A stretch of 64,000 bases of DNA from Chiloscyllium plagiosum (lineage: Eukaryota): contig NC_057718.1 of the NCBI RefSeq assembly GCF_004010195.1, forward strand, positions 17,738,028 to 17,802,027. Reading direction: 5' to 3'. Below are positions 50,238 to 63,774 of the stretch, one piece after another. Position 1 is the stretch's first letter. Every line of letters begins with the position of its first letter. The notes under the pieces are model-generated. The model saw only the letters and a list, made by a program, of their open reading frames with translations. It did no database searches and was not told the DNA's origin. The position numbers and the translations under genes are program-made.

Positions 50238-52899
50238 TGGAGGTGTAACTGGCACTGACAATCAGCAGCTGATTTTCCACCACACCAGTGTTCATGCTCC
50301 GCTGACTTGGAAAATACTACCAACACTTTTAATTTCAATCCAAGTAATAACGACACCAAGGGGCATTTCCTAAAAGGGTTTGAAGTGTAATTAAGTGACC
50401 GGCGAGGACAAGGTGATTGGATTGCAGTGAGAAATTGGCTGAGGTCTCAGTGTGAGCCCATTCCACACCTGCTCGTGACCATCAATTCCTTTAAATCTAA
50501 GCTCTTGGTTCCCTTGTTCTTCAACCACAAAGACAGTCTTCGAGGAGGGAGACAAAAAACAGTAGCTGAGCAGACAGCAGTCCATGGTTATGACTCTGGA
50601 CAGAGCACAGCAGGAGGAAACAATGCCAGGGAGAAGTTAAGTAAGCTCTCAGTTCTGACTTCTTGCTTCCTGGATGCAATGAATTACAGGTTGATATGTT
50701 GTGTGTGTACATATATAATTCCTATACAAGCTGTGACTAGGCTTGCACTGACTTTGACAGCCTGGGGCATCCTTGGCACATGGTAATCCTGTATAAAGAC
50801 TCCAAGGTTTATATAGCAATAGCTCATATTCATGTGACCACCAGGTAGATCCAAAAAACGTACAGACTTTAATATACACATAACACATATTTCATTTCCT
50901 CCCAATGGAGCTGCAAAATGAAACTCCGCCATTGTGATGTGCACATTTCTGCCACAACACACTAGTTGCCAGGACAAGCTGGATAATGTATACATGTTAC
51001 CTGGGCTGTTTGTGGAATATCGCCTGTGGGGTAACAAAAAAAGGTGCTGACATATATATCGCTTTACCTTGTCGGGAGGAACCTGAATCTGTCTGGGGTC
51101 TGGGAAAGATAGAGGCCGATAGCTGGGAAAGGATCAGTATGGCCTCACTGGCAATCTCTTTGTCTGACAACTGTGGATCCGATTACACCAGAAACACAGT
51201 GGCCTTTCCTGGCAAGCTAAAGGGGACACACACAGCTTTTAAAAACCATTTGGCTTCTCAAAGGTATGTCTCAAATCTGCCTCAAATGCTGAGACAGAGA
51301 GCCATTGTCTGACTGCGGAGGAGGGCTGTGTCCACAATAGATTTAAAAATCACACAACGCCAGGTTATAGTCCAACAGGTTTGGAAGCACTACCTTTCAA
51401 AGTGTTGCCTCTTAAATGTTTCATCCACCTCTCAGACACCTGTGTTATATACAGATTGGGTTGGAGTTGAGTGCAATCCAGGATGCACTGCAGGAACTCG
51501 CCAATCCTTCTTGGTCAAAATCTCCCAAACCTGTGACCGCCACCACATGGAAAGACAGGAGCAGCAGACTGGATAGGGAACTCATCTCATCAAGTTGCTC
51601 TCCATCTTGCTCTGACCCTTTATTGCTGCGCCTTCAGTGTCACTGCAGTGAACTCTATTTTACAGCATTGTGACATCACTTTCAGATTTGGGCTTTGGAC
51701 ACTCAAGAAGATGGGTCACCATGAGCTTCTCAACACCATTTACAGATAGTCAATAAATTTTGCACAAGTTGTTAGTGATATCCAGAGAAAGGATTGGGTA
51801 CCAAGGCCTCGTGAGTGAGTCGGTGTTAGTGTTATGGATTTATCTTCCTTCTGAGTATAACCGGGTACAGTAGCAGCACAGTATTGGTGCTGGAAGAGCA
51901 GAACAAACTTCAGTTTGCAATTATGTGGCTAACATTTACGAGCTATCTAATTTTAAGTTTTTTTAATCTCTTCACACATTTCTGACTCCTCGATCATAAG
52001 ACCTAGGAACAGAAGTGGGCCATTCAGCCCATCGAGTCCACTCCACCATTCAATGAGATCATGGCTGATCTGATAATCCTCAGCTCCACTTTCCTGCCAT
52101 TTCCCAATAACTCTCACTGATTCCCTTACTGATTAAAGATCTCCATCTTAAGATATCCAGGACCAATAGGGCTCTTATGCTGTTGGTCACTGAAAGCCTC
52201 CAGGAACAAACAAGGAATATCTAGAAAATTGGCTGCAACTTTCTTTCTTTAGTCTTCAAGACCTGTTTTTGCCTCACACTAGTCTGGTAGAAAACACATT
52301 TCTCATAACTACAAACCATACCAGCATCATCAGGGGAAGATTATCAAGGCTAGACAGGGAAGGAAAATCTATAAGAGAGGAGCTGCTCAGAAGGATGGAG
52401 GGAGAATATAGATAAGACACATTCAGAGGGAGACAGAGAGAGTTCAGAGAATGGGTGGGATGGAAAGATATTTGACAGGGCAACAAAATTCAAGGAGAGG
52501 AAATGATAATTTGAAAGAAGGAAAGAGAATTCTGAGGGAGAAAAGGAGAATTTGGCAAGATGGAGAACCCAAGGGAAAAGAATGGAGAACTCCTCTGGAT
52601 GGAAAGAAAATTGAAGTACTGCATTGGAAAATTCAGAGAATGGGAGTGTGAATTGACAGGAAGGAGGAATGGAGTTGGCATTATTCTTGGGCAGTTCCGT
52701 TTCAGCAGATTAGAAGTGACATTAGCCACAAATGGGAACAGATCCTTTGCTCCGGCTAACAGACAGCAAACGACCTGCGGAGCTGGCAACTAGAAATAGG
52801 CAGCAATATCACAAGACCTTTGCAATATCGAAAGCAGAGCTACAAAAGTCAATAGAGGTTAGACATAAGTAGCTCGTTATATCCTCAGAGCAAATTAGT

Positions 52900-54145
52900 T
52901 GCTTCTGCAGTGAATATTATTTAAATGAAGTAAGACTGTTGGAAACTACAAACCGGGGGATTTGGGAGTCACAGAAAAGTACAACATGGAACAGACCCAT
53001 CGGTCCAACTTGTCCATGCTGACCAGATATCCCAAACTAATCTAGTCCCATTTGCCAGCACTTGGCCCATATCCCCCTACACCACTCCTATTCATATACC
53101 AATCCAGATGTCTCTGAGACGATGTAATTGTACCAGCCTCCACCACTTCCTCTGGCAGCTTATTCCATACTTGCACCACCCTCTGCGTGTTAAAATTGCC
53201 CCTTAGGCCCCTTTTACATCTTTCCCCTATCATCCTAAAACTATGCCCTCTAGTTCTTGACGTCCCCATCCCAGAGAAAATACTTTGGGTTATTTATCCT
53301 ATCCGTACCCCTCATGATTTTATAAACCTCTATATGGTCACCCTTCAGCCTCTGACGCTCCAGGGAGAACAGCCCAGCCTATTCAACCTCTCCCTGTAGC
53401 TCAAGTCCTCCAACCCTGACAACATACTTGTAAATCTTTTCTGAACCCTTTCAAGTTTCACAACATCCTTCCATGAATTACAAAAAGCTAGCATCCATGT
53501 TCAGCAGATAATAGGGAAGGCAAATGGAATGTTGGCCTTTATTTCAAAGGAAATGGAGTATAAAAGTAGGGAGATTTTGCTAAAACTATACCAGGAGCAA
53601 GTCAGATCACACCTGGAAATCTGTGAACAGTTTTTGGCCCCTTATCTAAGGCAAGATATACTGGCATTGGAAGTAGTCCAGAGAAGGTTGATCCCAGATT
53701 TGAAAGGATTGTCTTGAGAAAAGAGGTTGAGTAATTTAGGCTTATATTCATTCGAATTTGAAAGAATGAGCTGCGGCTTTATTGGAACAAATAAGATACT
53801 TAGGTACTTTGCCAGGATAAATGCTGAAAAGTTCTTTCCCCTTCTGGGAGAGTCCAGGATGAAAGGGCATAAGCACATTTAAAGATAGAGATAAGGGGAA
53901 ATTTGTTCTCACAGATGGTAGTGAATCTATGGAACTCTTTATCACAGAGGGCTGTCAGGCTGGGCCATTCAGTATATTCAAGGCTGAGACAGAGAGATTT
54001 TTAATCAATAAAGGAATCAAGGGTTAGGGGAGAAAGGTACGAAAGTGGAGTTGAGGAGTGTCAGATCAGCTTTGATCTCTCATAGTGTGATGGAGTAGAC
54101 TCAATGGGCTGAACAGCCTATTTGTGCTCCTATGTTTTACGGCAT
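52900..54145 (+). mobile_element. CR1 3' fragment with a nested opposite-strand CR1 (about 52968-53471)
   Basis: Outer element: MLAFISKEMEYKSREILLKLY...ALEVVQRR. Inner element, minus strand: RTRGHS...TQRVVQVWNKLPEEVVEA. Confidence 0.9.
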
Positions 54146-54159
54146 TATAAGTTACTATT

Positions 54160-54333
54160 ATAAGATAAAGACTTTGCTATAAATTCTGTGTCCTATGATC
54201 CTTCCCCACTAGTTACCCGATGAAGGAGCGGTGCTCTGAAAGCTAGTGCTTCCAAATAAACCTGTTGAACTATAACCTGGTGTTGGGTGATTTTTAACTT
54301 TGTCCACCCAGTCCGACACTGGCACCTCCACAT
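54160..54333 (+). mobile_element. PLE family-2 terminal repeat with a hammerhead-like motif (54214-54248)
   Basis: TAC-CCGATGA-A-GGAGC-GGT-GCTCT-GAAA-GCTA-GTG followed by CTTCCAAATAAACCTGTTG..CTATAACCTGGTGTTG; one core mutation (CUGA to CCGA). Confidence 0.75.
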
Positions 54334-54700
54334 TATTGTAAGGTAGACACTGCAAGATCCTATAAATATCACATGAGTTAAGTGACCAGATCATGTTTTC
54401 TGGTGGCACTGGATAAGGAAAGAATGCCATGTGGAACACCAGCGAAGAATTCCCTTCTTCAATTAAAAAAAGGCCACAGGATCTTTGCTCACGTGAACTG
54501 GCAGATGAAGTCATCTGAAAGTTGTCACTTCCAGGCAATGCAGTACTGAAGTGTCAGCTTCAGAAAAGAGTTGAAGTCCCTCGTGACTCAGGAACGCAGC
54601 TGTTACCTCATGAGACTTGCAGTTATTCAAGAAAATACAGTTGATGGTGCAAGGGAATTCTTTAATCCCTGCAGATTAACTATTTAAAAATAAATCAGTA

Positions 54701-54877
54701 CAGTACAACCCTGATTATCCGAACATTGATTATCTGAATTTTGGATTATCCGAACAAGATCTCAAGGTCCCAATGCTTGGGTAAACTGTGTTATCCTAAC
54801 ATTCGATTATCCAAACATTTGATTATTCGAACAAAATACTCCCCTCCTGTATTGTTCGGATAATCAAGGTTGCCCTG
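54701..54877. mobile_element. Tc1/mariner (pogo/Tigger-like) MITE
   Basis: TA TSDs on both sides, terminal inverted repeats CAGTACAACCCTGATTATCCGAAC / GTTCGGATAATCAAGGTTGCCCTG, and internal GATTATCC repeats; a second copy is at 62123. Confidence 0.85.
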
Positions 54878-55944
54878 TATTGTATATTCAAAACTGCATC
54901 CTGCTGTGCTGGACGTAGTATTAAGAACTTGGGCTTCAAGCAGCTGTATTATCTATCATGTAATCCACTAGCAGGTCAGCCACTGAGCTTATTCAGTATA
55001 TAGTCAGATGCCACAAGTGGAGAGCTGAGTCTAATGAGATAAACTTCTATCATTCAAATGTCACCATGAAAACCCCAACAACAAAACCACTACAGATCAT
55101 TCCTCAGCAGTCATGAATGATGGTGGGATGCAATAATCCTCTGCACTGAGTGTTACCAGACACACAAAGCAGATAGTCTGTGTCTGTGCCCACTATACAC
55201 TACAACAAGCTTGAAACTCTTCCCCAATTAAAATTTGCACAGCTTTCAGTGGCAAACACGTAGAACAGTGTGAATTCACCTCCTAGCTAAATTCTAATCT
55301 GGGGCGTGTGAGGGAAGGGATGGAGAATTAGCTGACTGACTGCCTCTTTGGAATCCCTTGATTAGATTAGTGTTTTATAATCCACCTTTCATGATGCTAA
55401 ACATTATTCTTGAATTAAACTGAAATGATTAGGATTCTAACCCATCTCCAGACATATACATAAGTGACTTGAGGTTCTGATGCTGATAAAAGAGCTGTGC
55501 TCTCTTGGAAACAAAGTCATTCAGCTGTCTTCGGTAAACCCTCTGGCACGTCCTTCCTGAAGATCTTCACCTTCTCACTTTTCTCCCGATTCCTCGGATC
55601 TCATCAGTCAATGTCTTTTCAGACTGCTCTTTCCTTCAGCTCTTCTGCTTCTATTAGAGGCACTCTTGAAGTGCCTTTGAATATTATTCCACATTAAAGA
55701 TACATCATCAGTGCAGGTCACTGAATTTATAGCATTGACACCCATCTTTTCCTTATGTTGTCTTACACCTTCACAAAAACTTCTATTTAAAATGTAAAAA
55801 AGAGCATTCCTGGCCAAGTTGGCAGCTGTGCAAAACTGAGGGTGTGGTAATGGGGAAACTGAGGCAATCTTACTCAGTTCCACCATAAAATCCAATTCTT
55901 GACTCCCATCTTCTCCCTCACCCAGATTCAATGAAGTTATGGCT

Positions 55945-56475
55945 TTTTTAAAAAATGTTATTCATTCACGGGATGTGGGCACCACTGGCTGGGCTGGCAT
56001 TAGCTGTTTTTGAACTGTGTGGTTTGCTGGGCCATGTCAGAGGGCAATTAAGAGTCAACCACATTGCAGTGGACCAGATCATGCAAAGCAGATCCGGTCA
56101 ACAGTGGCTCAGTGAACCAGCTGAGATTTTACAAAAATGGTTACACAGGTATGGAATGAGCTGCCAAAGGGAGTGGTGGCAGATAGTACAACTGCAACAT
56201 TTAAAAGGCATCTGGATGGGTATATGACTAGGAAGTGTTTGGAGGGACATGGGCCGGGTGCTGGCAGGTGGGACTAGATTGGGTTGGGATATCTGGTCGG
56301 CACGGACAAGTTGGACCGAAAGGCCTGTTTCCGTGTTGTACATCTCTATGACTACGACTCTACGAGGCATCATTAAGCTTTTAATTCCTGATTTTTAACT
56401 GGATGCAAAGTCCACCATCATGAGATACAAACCCAGGTGCCCAGAACATAACATAGACCTCTGGATTACAGGGTC
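55945..56475. mobile_element. Minus-strand SINE interrupted by a plus-strand CR1 3' tail (about 56141-56362)
   Basis: TTATTCATTCACGGGATGTGGGC and GGGCAATTAAGAGTCAACCAC (SINE); CATTTAAAAGGCATCTGGATGGGTATATG...CTCTATGACT (CR1 tail). Confidence 0.8.
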
Positions 56476-58509
56476 ACCACCCTCCCACTGTTAGGATTGT
56501 GGGGATAGAAAGAATGTGGGAGAGATGAAGTGGATATATTATGGTAACAATTGCTTGACTCAGGCAAAAGAGTTAAAAGGCAGTGTTCCCAATTTGACAT
56601 GGCCAGCAAAGCACGGAATAGAGTGGAATCACAACATGATCCAGACCTTTCCCATTCCAGGGATTATATAATATCGAAGAAGGAACATAGTGGAGTCTAC
56701 TTTATGTGCTCTCCCATTATGTTCCTTTCTTCAAAAGGGATTGCTTTATAACACTTCTGTGGTAGGTGGGCCTTGAACCCAGAGTCAGAGAACACAATCA
56801 CTGTGCCACAGGAGCCCCTTAGCAAAATTTGTTGTTGCATCGCCCACTAATATTTAGCCAATCATACAGCACTGAAAAGGAATACATTCAAATTATGTAA
56901 TTTGCATTGGATTGGTCTTTCTTTTCCCATCCAGATAAATGGTTGCATTTTATCTATTCTCAAACTGGATAATGCATCAAGCCCCATGATCCACTGGAGG
57001 ATGAACGGCTGAGGGAAGCCTTCAATCATTGTGATGGATGTTCTTCTATTGTCTGCCCTGACTATAGACAAGAGGTGGCCTCAAAGTGTGACGTGGGAAC
57101 AGTAAACTGATTCTGAACTGGCTTTTGAAAGCCCAGGGAACTGACTCCAATCCTTTACTTGCCAGTTCACTCAACTTGAACTTGGTGGCCCTGGGGACTT
57201 TTTTGGATTGAGGATGGCATTAGCAACATTGCCTTATGAGTCAGAATCAATCTTAAATGAAAATACCTTGCAGTATCTATTAACACACTGTCAATGTCAG
57301 ATCCATGCAAACCAGTCAGAATCTGGGTTTCAACGTTACCGGGCGTGGGCCTACGTTGCTTAGCTAACATTAAACATGTAGCCCATGAAAGCAAAGAGCT
57401 TTGGCTTGCAGAAGGAGCAGTGATGTTGGGAGTAGGTTGGGGGGGGGGAAGAGAGAGATAGAGAGAATGTGATGTTGGGAGTTCATGGACACAGGATCAG
57501 CATCTGCACAAGTCTTAGTGGAAGTGCTGTTCTATCCAGTGAATGTCCGAAAGTAGACCTTGTGCTGACATTCTGCTGCCATACAAGTCTGCACTCTCAC
57601 AGGGATAATGCACAGTGCTGTGCTAAACTGCATTTGCCAGAGACTGGGGTTAACCCCATCTCAACAGATGTTGCTGAGCAGCAAATGGCTAGGATTACTC
57701 AGGTTACATAGGTGGGGCAATGGGAAAAATGTAGGAAAGTGGGACACACTCATACACATCTCAGCACGCACAAGTTAAGAGCAAATCATGTCGCAGTTTT
57801 AAATTCAGCAGTGAAGATGAGATGACTATCACTCACTTGTCACATACTGCTATAAACAGAAGAAAGTCAAAGGAACAGGAACAGGCCTTTCAGCCTCTTC
57901 ATCCAGTTCTGAAGCCAAGGCCAACATGACTGTGTTTTGACATCCTCCACCTCCCTTGGCTCCAAATCCATAAATGCCCATTCCTTAAACACAGACCCTT
58001 AAGCATCCCTCTTACATTACAACTTACATTCCAAGGTCCAGGACTACATGCTGAGGGATACACTAAAGCTTGGCGCAGCTGCCACAGACCACTATCTGAG
58101 GTCTTTCTGCTAAAGTTAATTGGGGGTTCATTCAGTTACCAGACCCTCCTAGTGTCTCACATGCACGTACATATCTTATTGTACACGAAAAATAGGTCTT
58201 TGGTTTGTCTGGATAGAGACAAAATGTAATGTTTGCTTCCTTTATGTGCTACTGCCACACAATCCAACTGCAATTGTGATAATGTATATATATAAATGTA
58301 CTTTTTTTTGAAATATAAAAAGGATCCTGTGGTCATGCAAGGTGCTACATAATTGCAAGACTTTTGCTTTTTCACAAAAATGCTTCTTGTCCTAAGAAGC
58401 AGAAATACAAACTTTTAAATGGAATAAAATTAGCTGCAGTTTTCTGATACTTTATTCCTGATCTATTGTCCAATTGCTTTTGATGGTACAAAACTTGAAT
58501 AGTGTAAAG

Positions 58510-59115
58510 CCTGAAGGAGAGATGAGTTTGCTGATGCTTTTCATCATGCACTCATCAGGACGAACAAACATGAACAATGAATACAATTCATCAAGATTGT
58601 CACATGGCTTTACACTTGCTAGAAGTGACACATTTACACGCATGAGTTGGAGATGCCGGTGTTGGACTGGGGTGGGCAAAGTTAAAAATCACACAACACC
58701 AGGTTATAGTCCAACAGGTTTATTTGGAAGCACTAGCTTTCAGAGCACTGCTCCTTCATTAGGTGGTGAACCATCTGATGAAGGAGTGGCGGTCTGAAAG
58801 CTAATGCTTCCAAATAAACTTGTTGGATTATAACCTGATGTGTTATTTTTAACATTTTTACAAAGAGATGCATTCTCTGCAAACAACAGGAATTTCCGCA
58901 AGCTTTTTTCTGAATCAGCTTAGACATGGCGAGTCTATGGTTCCCTGTTGCTTTTTCCATGGCAATCCCTCAGTCAATCAGAGTCGACTTGCCAATCAAT
59001 CAGAACCCTTTTCTCTTGTTATATTAATTGATGTTAATGTTTGAAATTTTGCTTTCTTGCATTCTGTCCTGATGAATGCAAGACAAAAAGCTTCAGCAAG
59101 GTTGCTCTCCTTCCA
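58510..59115. mobile_element. Nested PLE-derived palindromes: family 3 (outer) and family 2 (inner, 58648-58853)
   Basis: Outer inverted motifs at 58530-58561 (-) and 59066-59097 (+); inner inverted arms around 58766, each with a hammerhead-like core. Confidence 0.75.
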
Positions 59116-60446
59116 GCCATTCTCAAGTATTTCTGCAATCAAGGAGTCTCTCGTTTCTTGGCTCTGATGTTCTGCCTCTGACTTGCCCATTCCACTTCTG
59201 TTGAGGAATTCTCTTCGGATGCCTGTGGAGCAGGTGCACATGCCTGGGTTTGTGTGTTATTGGACTGGTTATACAAGCAAAGAGCCAAAGGTAGATGGCA
59301 CTGATTTCACCCAGTGTTTGGAGAGGGGATACTGCAGCTCCCTGGTGCTTAGTTGGGAACTAGAGCTATTGTCCAGGAAAATACCATCCTCCTCCCAACC
59401 TTATATCCTTGTGTTGCATCCCAACCCACCATATATGCTGCTGTGATTGTCATAATAAAAACACTGCTGCTGGTGTTTGTGGAAGATGATTAAGTCACCT
59501 ACAGACAAAACACAGCCGGAACACATTATTACAAACTCGACAGAACTGAAGCAATGGGTTATTATAAGGTTTGACTTCTCTTACGGGCTATAATGAAGTT
59601 GCAACTGCAACCACGGAAACACTTGTCATAATGACAGATGTGTAATAACAGCTTGTTACTTTGGTTTACTGGACCCAGGAGTCGGGGAGGAAGGGTGGTT
59701 ACAATATCTGTGCCTCACTTCTGTGCCAGAATATCAATGCAAACTCATCTGACTGAAATAGCCTCCCAAAGGGTGTCCGAAATAACCCATATATTCACTA
59801 AAGAATTGGCAAATAATGTTCAGCACAGGCACATTTTGTTATAAGGAAAAGGGAAGTCTCCTATTATTTGGAAGGTGCACAGAGGAACAAAGGAATCTCA
59901 GAGTACACTTGCACTAAACACTACATGTTGAACCATGGGTTAGCAAGGTCGTGAAGGAAGTAAACTAAGCACCAGGCTTAATTTCCAGACAAACAAAACT
60001 AACAAAAGGAGAGACACTAACCCTGCACTGAAGTAGAGTTAGATCCCATATACAGTTGCCATTTACAGAAAGGACATAACAGCATGAGAGAGTTAGACAT
60101 TTACAATAATGCATGCTTATATATTTCAGGAAAGGATTTGCAGGCTGGGTTACCTTTTTGTTGAAAGAAAAGGCCAAGGGGTGATCACATGGAGGCCTTT
60201 AACATTGGAAAAGGTTTTGATAAAGCAGATACAAAGGGATTCTTTACTTTTGTGAGGAAGAGTAGCAAAGATAAGGGTTATCCGTATGAAATATATGTTA
60301 GCACCCTTGTGACCCAGGTTACTCTACCTTGTGAAGCCCGAAGAGGCACCTCTGGAACTCAAGAATAAAGTGAAATTGACCTTTCAGGATCCAGGTCAAC
60401 AGCTCTCCAAATGAGAAGGAACCAATCAAATTCCCATAAGTATCAA

Positions 60447-60620
60447 TTGCAACATTTAAAAGGCATCTGGATGGGTATATGAATAGGAGGGGTTTGGAGG
60501 GATATGGGCCGGGTGCTGGCAGGTGGGACTAGATTGGGTTGGGATGTCTGGTCAGCATGGATGGGTTGGACCGAAGGGTCTGTTTCCATGCTGTACATCT
60601 CTATGACTCTATGACTCTAT
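60447..60620 (+). mobile_element. CR1 3' tail, young
   Basis: Near-identical to 56190-56360; (CTATGACT)n terminus. Confidence 0.9.
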
Positions 60621-60629
60621 TTAGGGCAG

Positions 60630-60970
60630 GTAATGGTCTAGTGGTATTTCACTGGACTGTTAATCTCGAGACCCAGGTAGTGTTCTGGGGACAATAGTTT
60701 GAATCCTGCCATGGCATATGGTGGAATTTGAATTCAATAGTAATCTGGAATTAAGAGTCTAATGATGACTACAAATCCATTGCTGATTGTCAGAAGAACC
60801 CATCTGGTTCACTAATGTCCTTTAGAAAAGGAAACTGGTCTGGCCAAACTGTGAGTCCAGACTGACAACAATGTGGTTAATTCTTAACTGTGCTTTGGGC
60901 AGTTAGGGATGGGCAGCAAATGTTGGTCTAGCTAGCAATGCCCTCATCCCATGAATGAATTAAAAAAAAA
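60630..60970 (+). mobile_element. tRNA-derived SINE, near full length (tail shared with the CR1-like LINE)
   Basis: A and B box-like TGGTCTAGTGG...GTTTGAATCC; tail GGGATGGGCAGCAAATGTTGG..CATCCCATGAATGAAT followed by poly(A). Confidence 0.8.
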
Positions 60971-60991
60971 CAGAAGAACTATCGACCTTCC

Positions 60992-61318
60992 TGACATTAC
61001 TACACAGAGGCACGTATCCCAACACCAAATCACCCTTTCTTTACACGTGGAGAGCCCTTGACAATTCTTTTAATATATTTTATTAACCAGTACAAATTGC
61101 AAACAAACAAAGTTAACATTAACAGCTGTACACAAGAAACAGCAATTTACAGGGGAAAGGGGCAGCAAAGTCAGACCCCAAACCCCACGGTACAACCCGT
61201 TCACTCCTGTTTATTGTCTGTCAGCCAGGGCTCCTTGATTGGACCGGGTTAACAGTCCCAATGAGGGAAACTCATATTCTGTCAGGTCCACCTGGCTGCT
61301 CTGATAACAGTCACTACA
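60992..61318 (-). mobile_element. Solo LTR (TG...CA) with an internal insertion (about 61063-61200)
   Basis: The minus strand starts TGTAGTGAC and ends GTAATGTCA, contains CCAAT and an AT-rich TATA-like site, and is flanked by CTTCC / GTTCC (5-bp TSD with one mismatch). Confidence 0.6.
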
Positions 61319-62122
61319 GTTCCGACTGTCCTGGGAAGTTGGCAGTGCTGGTCATTGTCAGAGATGGGGGTGGGGTGGGGTCCTGAGAGGGACCTTATCC
61401 CTACAGCTATTTCTTAAGACCCCAGTGTCCACTTTCTGTCCATGTGAAAACCTCCCCCGCACAACAGTAGCTCATAATGTTGAGGGAGAGGGGTCCGGTC
61501 CCAAAATAAGGTCATCTGTATTAAACACTGCCATCAATAGCCGAAACTGTGGACACTGACACTTGATGACACCCTCAGTGTAAAACTGTCTTCTGTTTTA
61601 AATGAATCCTGCAGACTGTCAGATCCAATAATCCTTCCTCAGACAGGTTCTCAAATGGCGCTGGCAGTTGATTAAAAATACGCTCACATGTGCCAAAAAC
61701 AATCAGAAGAAATAGATGGAACTTAAAAATAGGTATTAATGTTCTTTTTTTTTTAAACGTAAAGATGATTCCTCCAAACTAAGATTCCGAACACTGACAT
61801 TCACTCTTTGGGGGGAATTAATACAGTGCTCAAACTCTTTCAGTATCATCAGCTGATGTCCCATCTCAAGAAAGGCACCCCCTGTTGGTGTATCCTTCAC
61901 CCATATTCCAGATGTGCACTCTCTCATTGCTGCTGTGCATATAAGACCATAATAATGATACAGCTTTTGACTGACACTGCATTCCAAGGGCAGACTGAAA
62001 TACACCAGCCCACGTATTAAAATTAACTCCAAAGGCTCCCTGTGCTATGACGTGGATATTACTGCAGTGTGTCTCTTGTAGCCTATAGAAACAGTACAGA
62101 AAAGGCAGCATTTGACCAAATA

Positions 62123-62281
62123 CAGAGGAACCTCGATTATTCAGCATTCAATTATCCAAATATCGGATTATCCAGCAAGATCGCAAGGTCCCAATGCTCG
62201 GCTGAACTATGTTATCTGGAATTCGATTAACCGAAGAAAATACTCCCCACCCGTGTCCTTGGGATAATCGAGGTTTTTCTG
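62123..62281. mobile_element. Tc1/mariner (pogo/Tigger-like) MITE, second copy
   Basis: TA-CAGAGGAACCTCGATTAT ... ATAATCGAGGTTTTTCTG-TA; internal CAAGATCGCAAGGTCCCAATGCT shared with the 54701 copy. Confidence 0.85.
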
Positions 62282-63774
62282 TACTATCTCAGGCTTAAAG
62301 CTTTGACCACCACTGTCATGAGAAATAGTGTGGACCATCGGGCAATGATTCAAATGTTCAGATGGAATAAATTCAACCATCCACCCATCGACTCCCAGTC
62401 ACTGCTTTTCCCCAATACCATTGCCCACGAATGCCACAGGCTTTGGTGACATTTGCACAGAAATGTACATGTGAGGTGAAAAATGCCAGTCAGCGGGGTG
62501 CTGTGTGTTTGCACATGCACCAACACCCATCCAAGTCATTGGCAAAGGGGGAGGGTGGGGGGGAGGGCAGGATGTACTCAAGAAGTCTCTGCACTGTCTT
62601 GGAGTGAGTCCAGGATTTTGGCTATTCTGCCTAGCTGGGTTTGATCACTCATTTGAATGCACTGTTGAGCTGCTGGCAGCTCTGGAAAGCAAGCAACCAT
62701 TTTAGATGACAAAGTTCGCAATTTCGCAGAAATCAATGATTCTAATGGATTTGGCCTGTTGAATATTCTCTCGTTAGGCTCCCTGCTACTGTTTGTCGCA
62801 CTGTGAAAGCTGCTGGCTATTGCTGCCTCTCTGCTGTATATGCAGTCTTCTTGCTATCTTTGCTCCCGACCCCTCCATTCCATCCACCTCACCCCTATCC
62901 TCTGCTGGCTCTAGTACCTCTGGCTGCCAAAGATGTGCATAGCAGGGAGAGGGGTTAACTCCAGAATGGGGGTGACCAAATCCTGCATTAACTTTAATGT
63001 ATACAGGAAGGGAACCGATCTGATGTCAGGGGCTGATCTAGTATTTTGGCAGCTCATTTACATGAGATGGAGTGTCTTACCATAAAGGGGGAGAGCGACT
63101 ATCAGCAAATTTTTAAAAATCACAAATGGAACAACCTGCGGCTTTAACATCACACTGCTTCCCTCCTTTCTCATCTATTCTTGTCACTTGGGTGAATAAT
63201 TGGATGAGTCCAGGGTAAGTGTTGAGGAGAACTGGCTGGGAGTTGCGGAGTCTGACAGTGTGATGAAGCTGAATTAGCATCAGCAGTGAAACAGTCATTA
63301 ATCCAGACTGCCTCCACAATCATGTTCTTGTGACTGTGCATGTTAATCCATCTGCCCTAGCCTTTGTGATGTCATTAGCACTCCCGCTTTAAATAAAACA
63401 AAAAAAAATGGTTTCAATGCAACTCCTTGCCGTCAAATATTAAATTAGTCATGATTGTGTTAGGCATTCTCCTTTCTGCAGTTTAAATTCTCCCAAACAG
63501 CTCTCATTTGATCTTCTGATGAAGAAGGGAAACTGCAGTTAGCCTGAGGTATTCATGCTTGGATGATGGTGTGGTGGGATTCCACTATGGACAAACCCAG
63601 TCAGGAAAGTTTCCAAACTCTGCCCCGCTCTCAGTGGGAGGAGGGCACAGCTCCTTGATGGGCAGTAGGGAAAGAAAATACTCTCAACAACAACTTGCCT
63701 TTATATAGCACCTTTAGCACAATTTATTTTTGAAAAAGCCCATGCACTGACAAACAGAATTTGACACCATGCCA

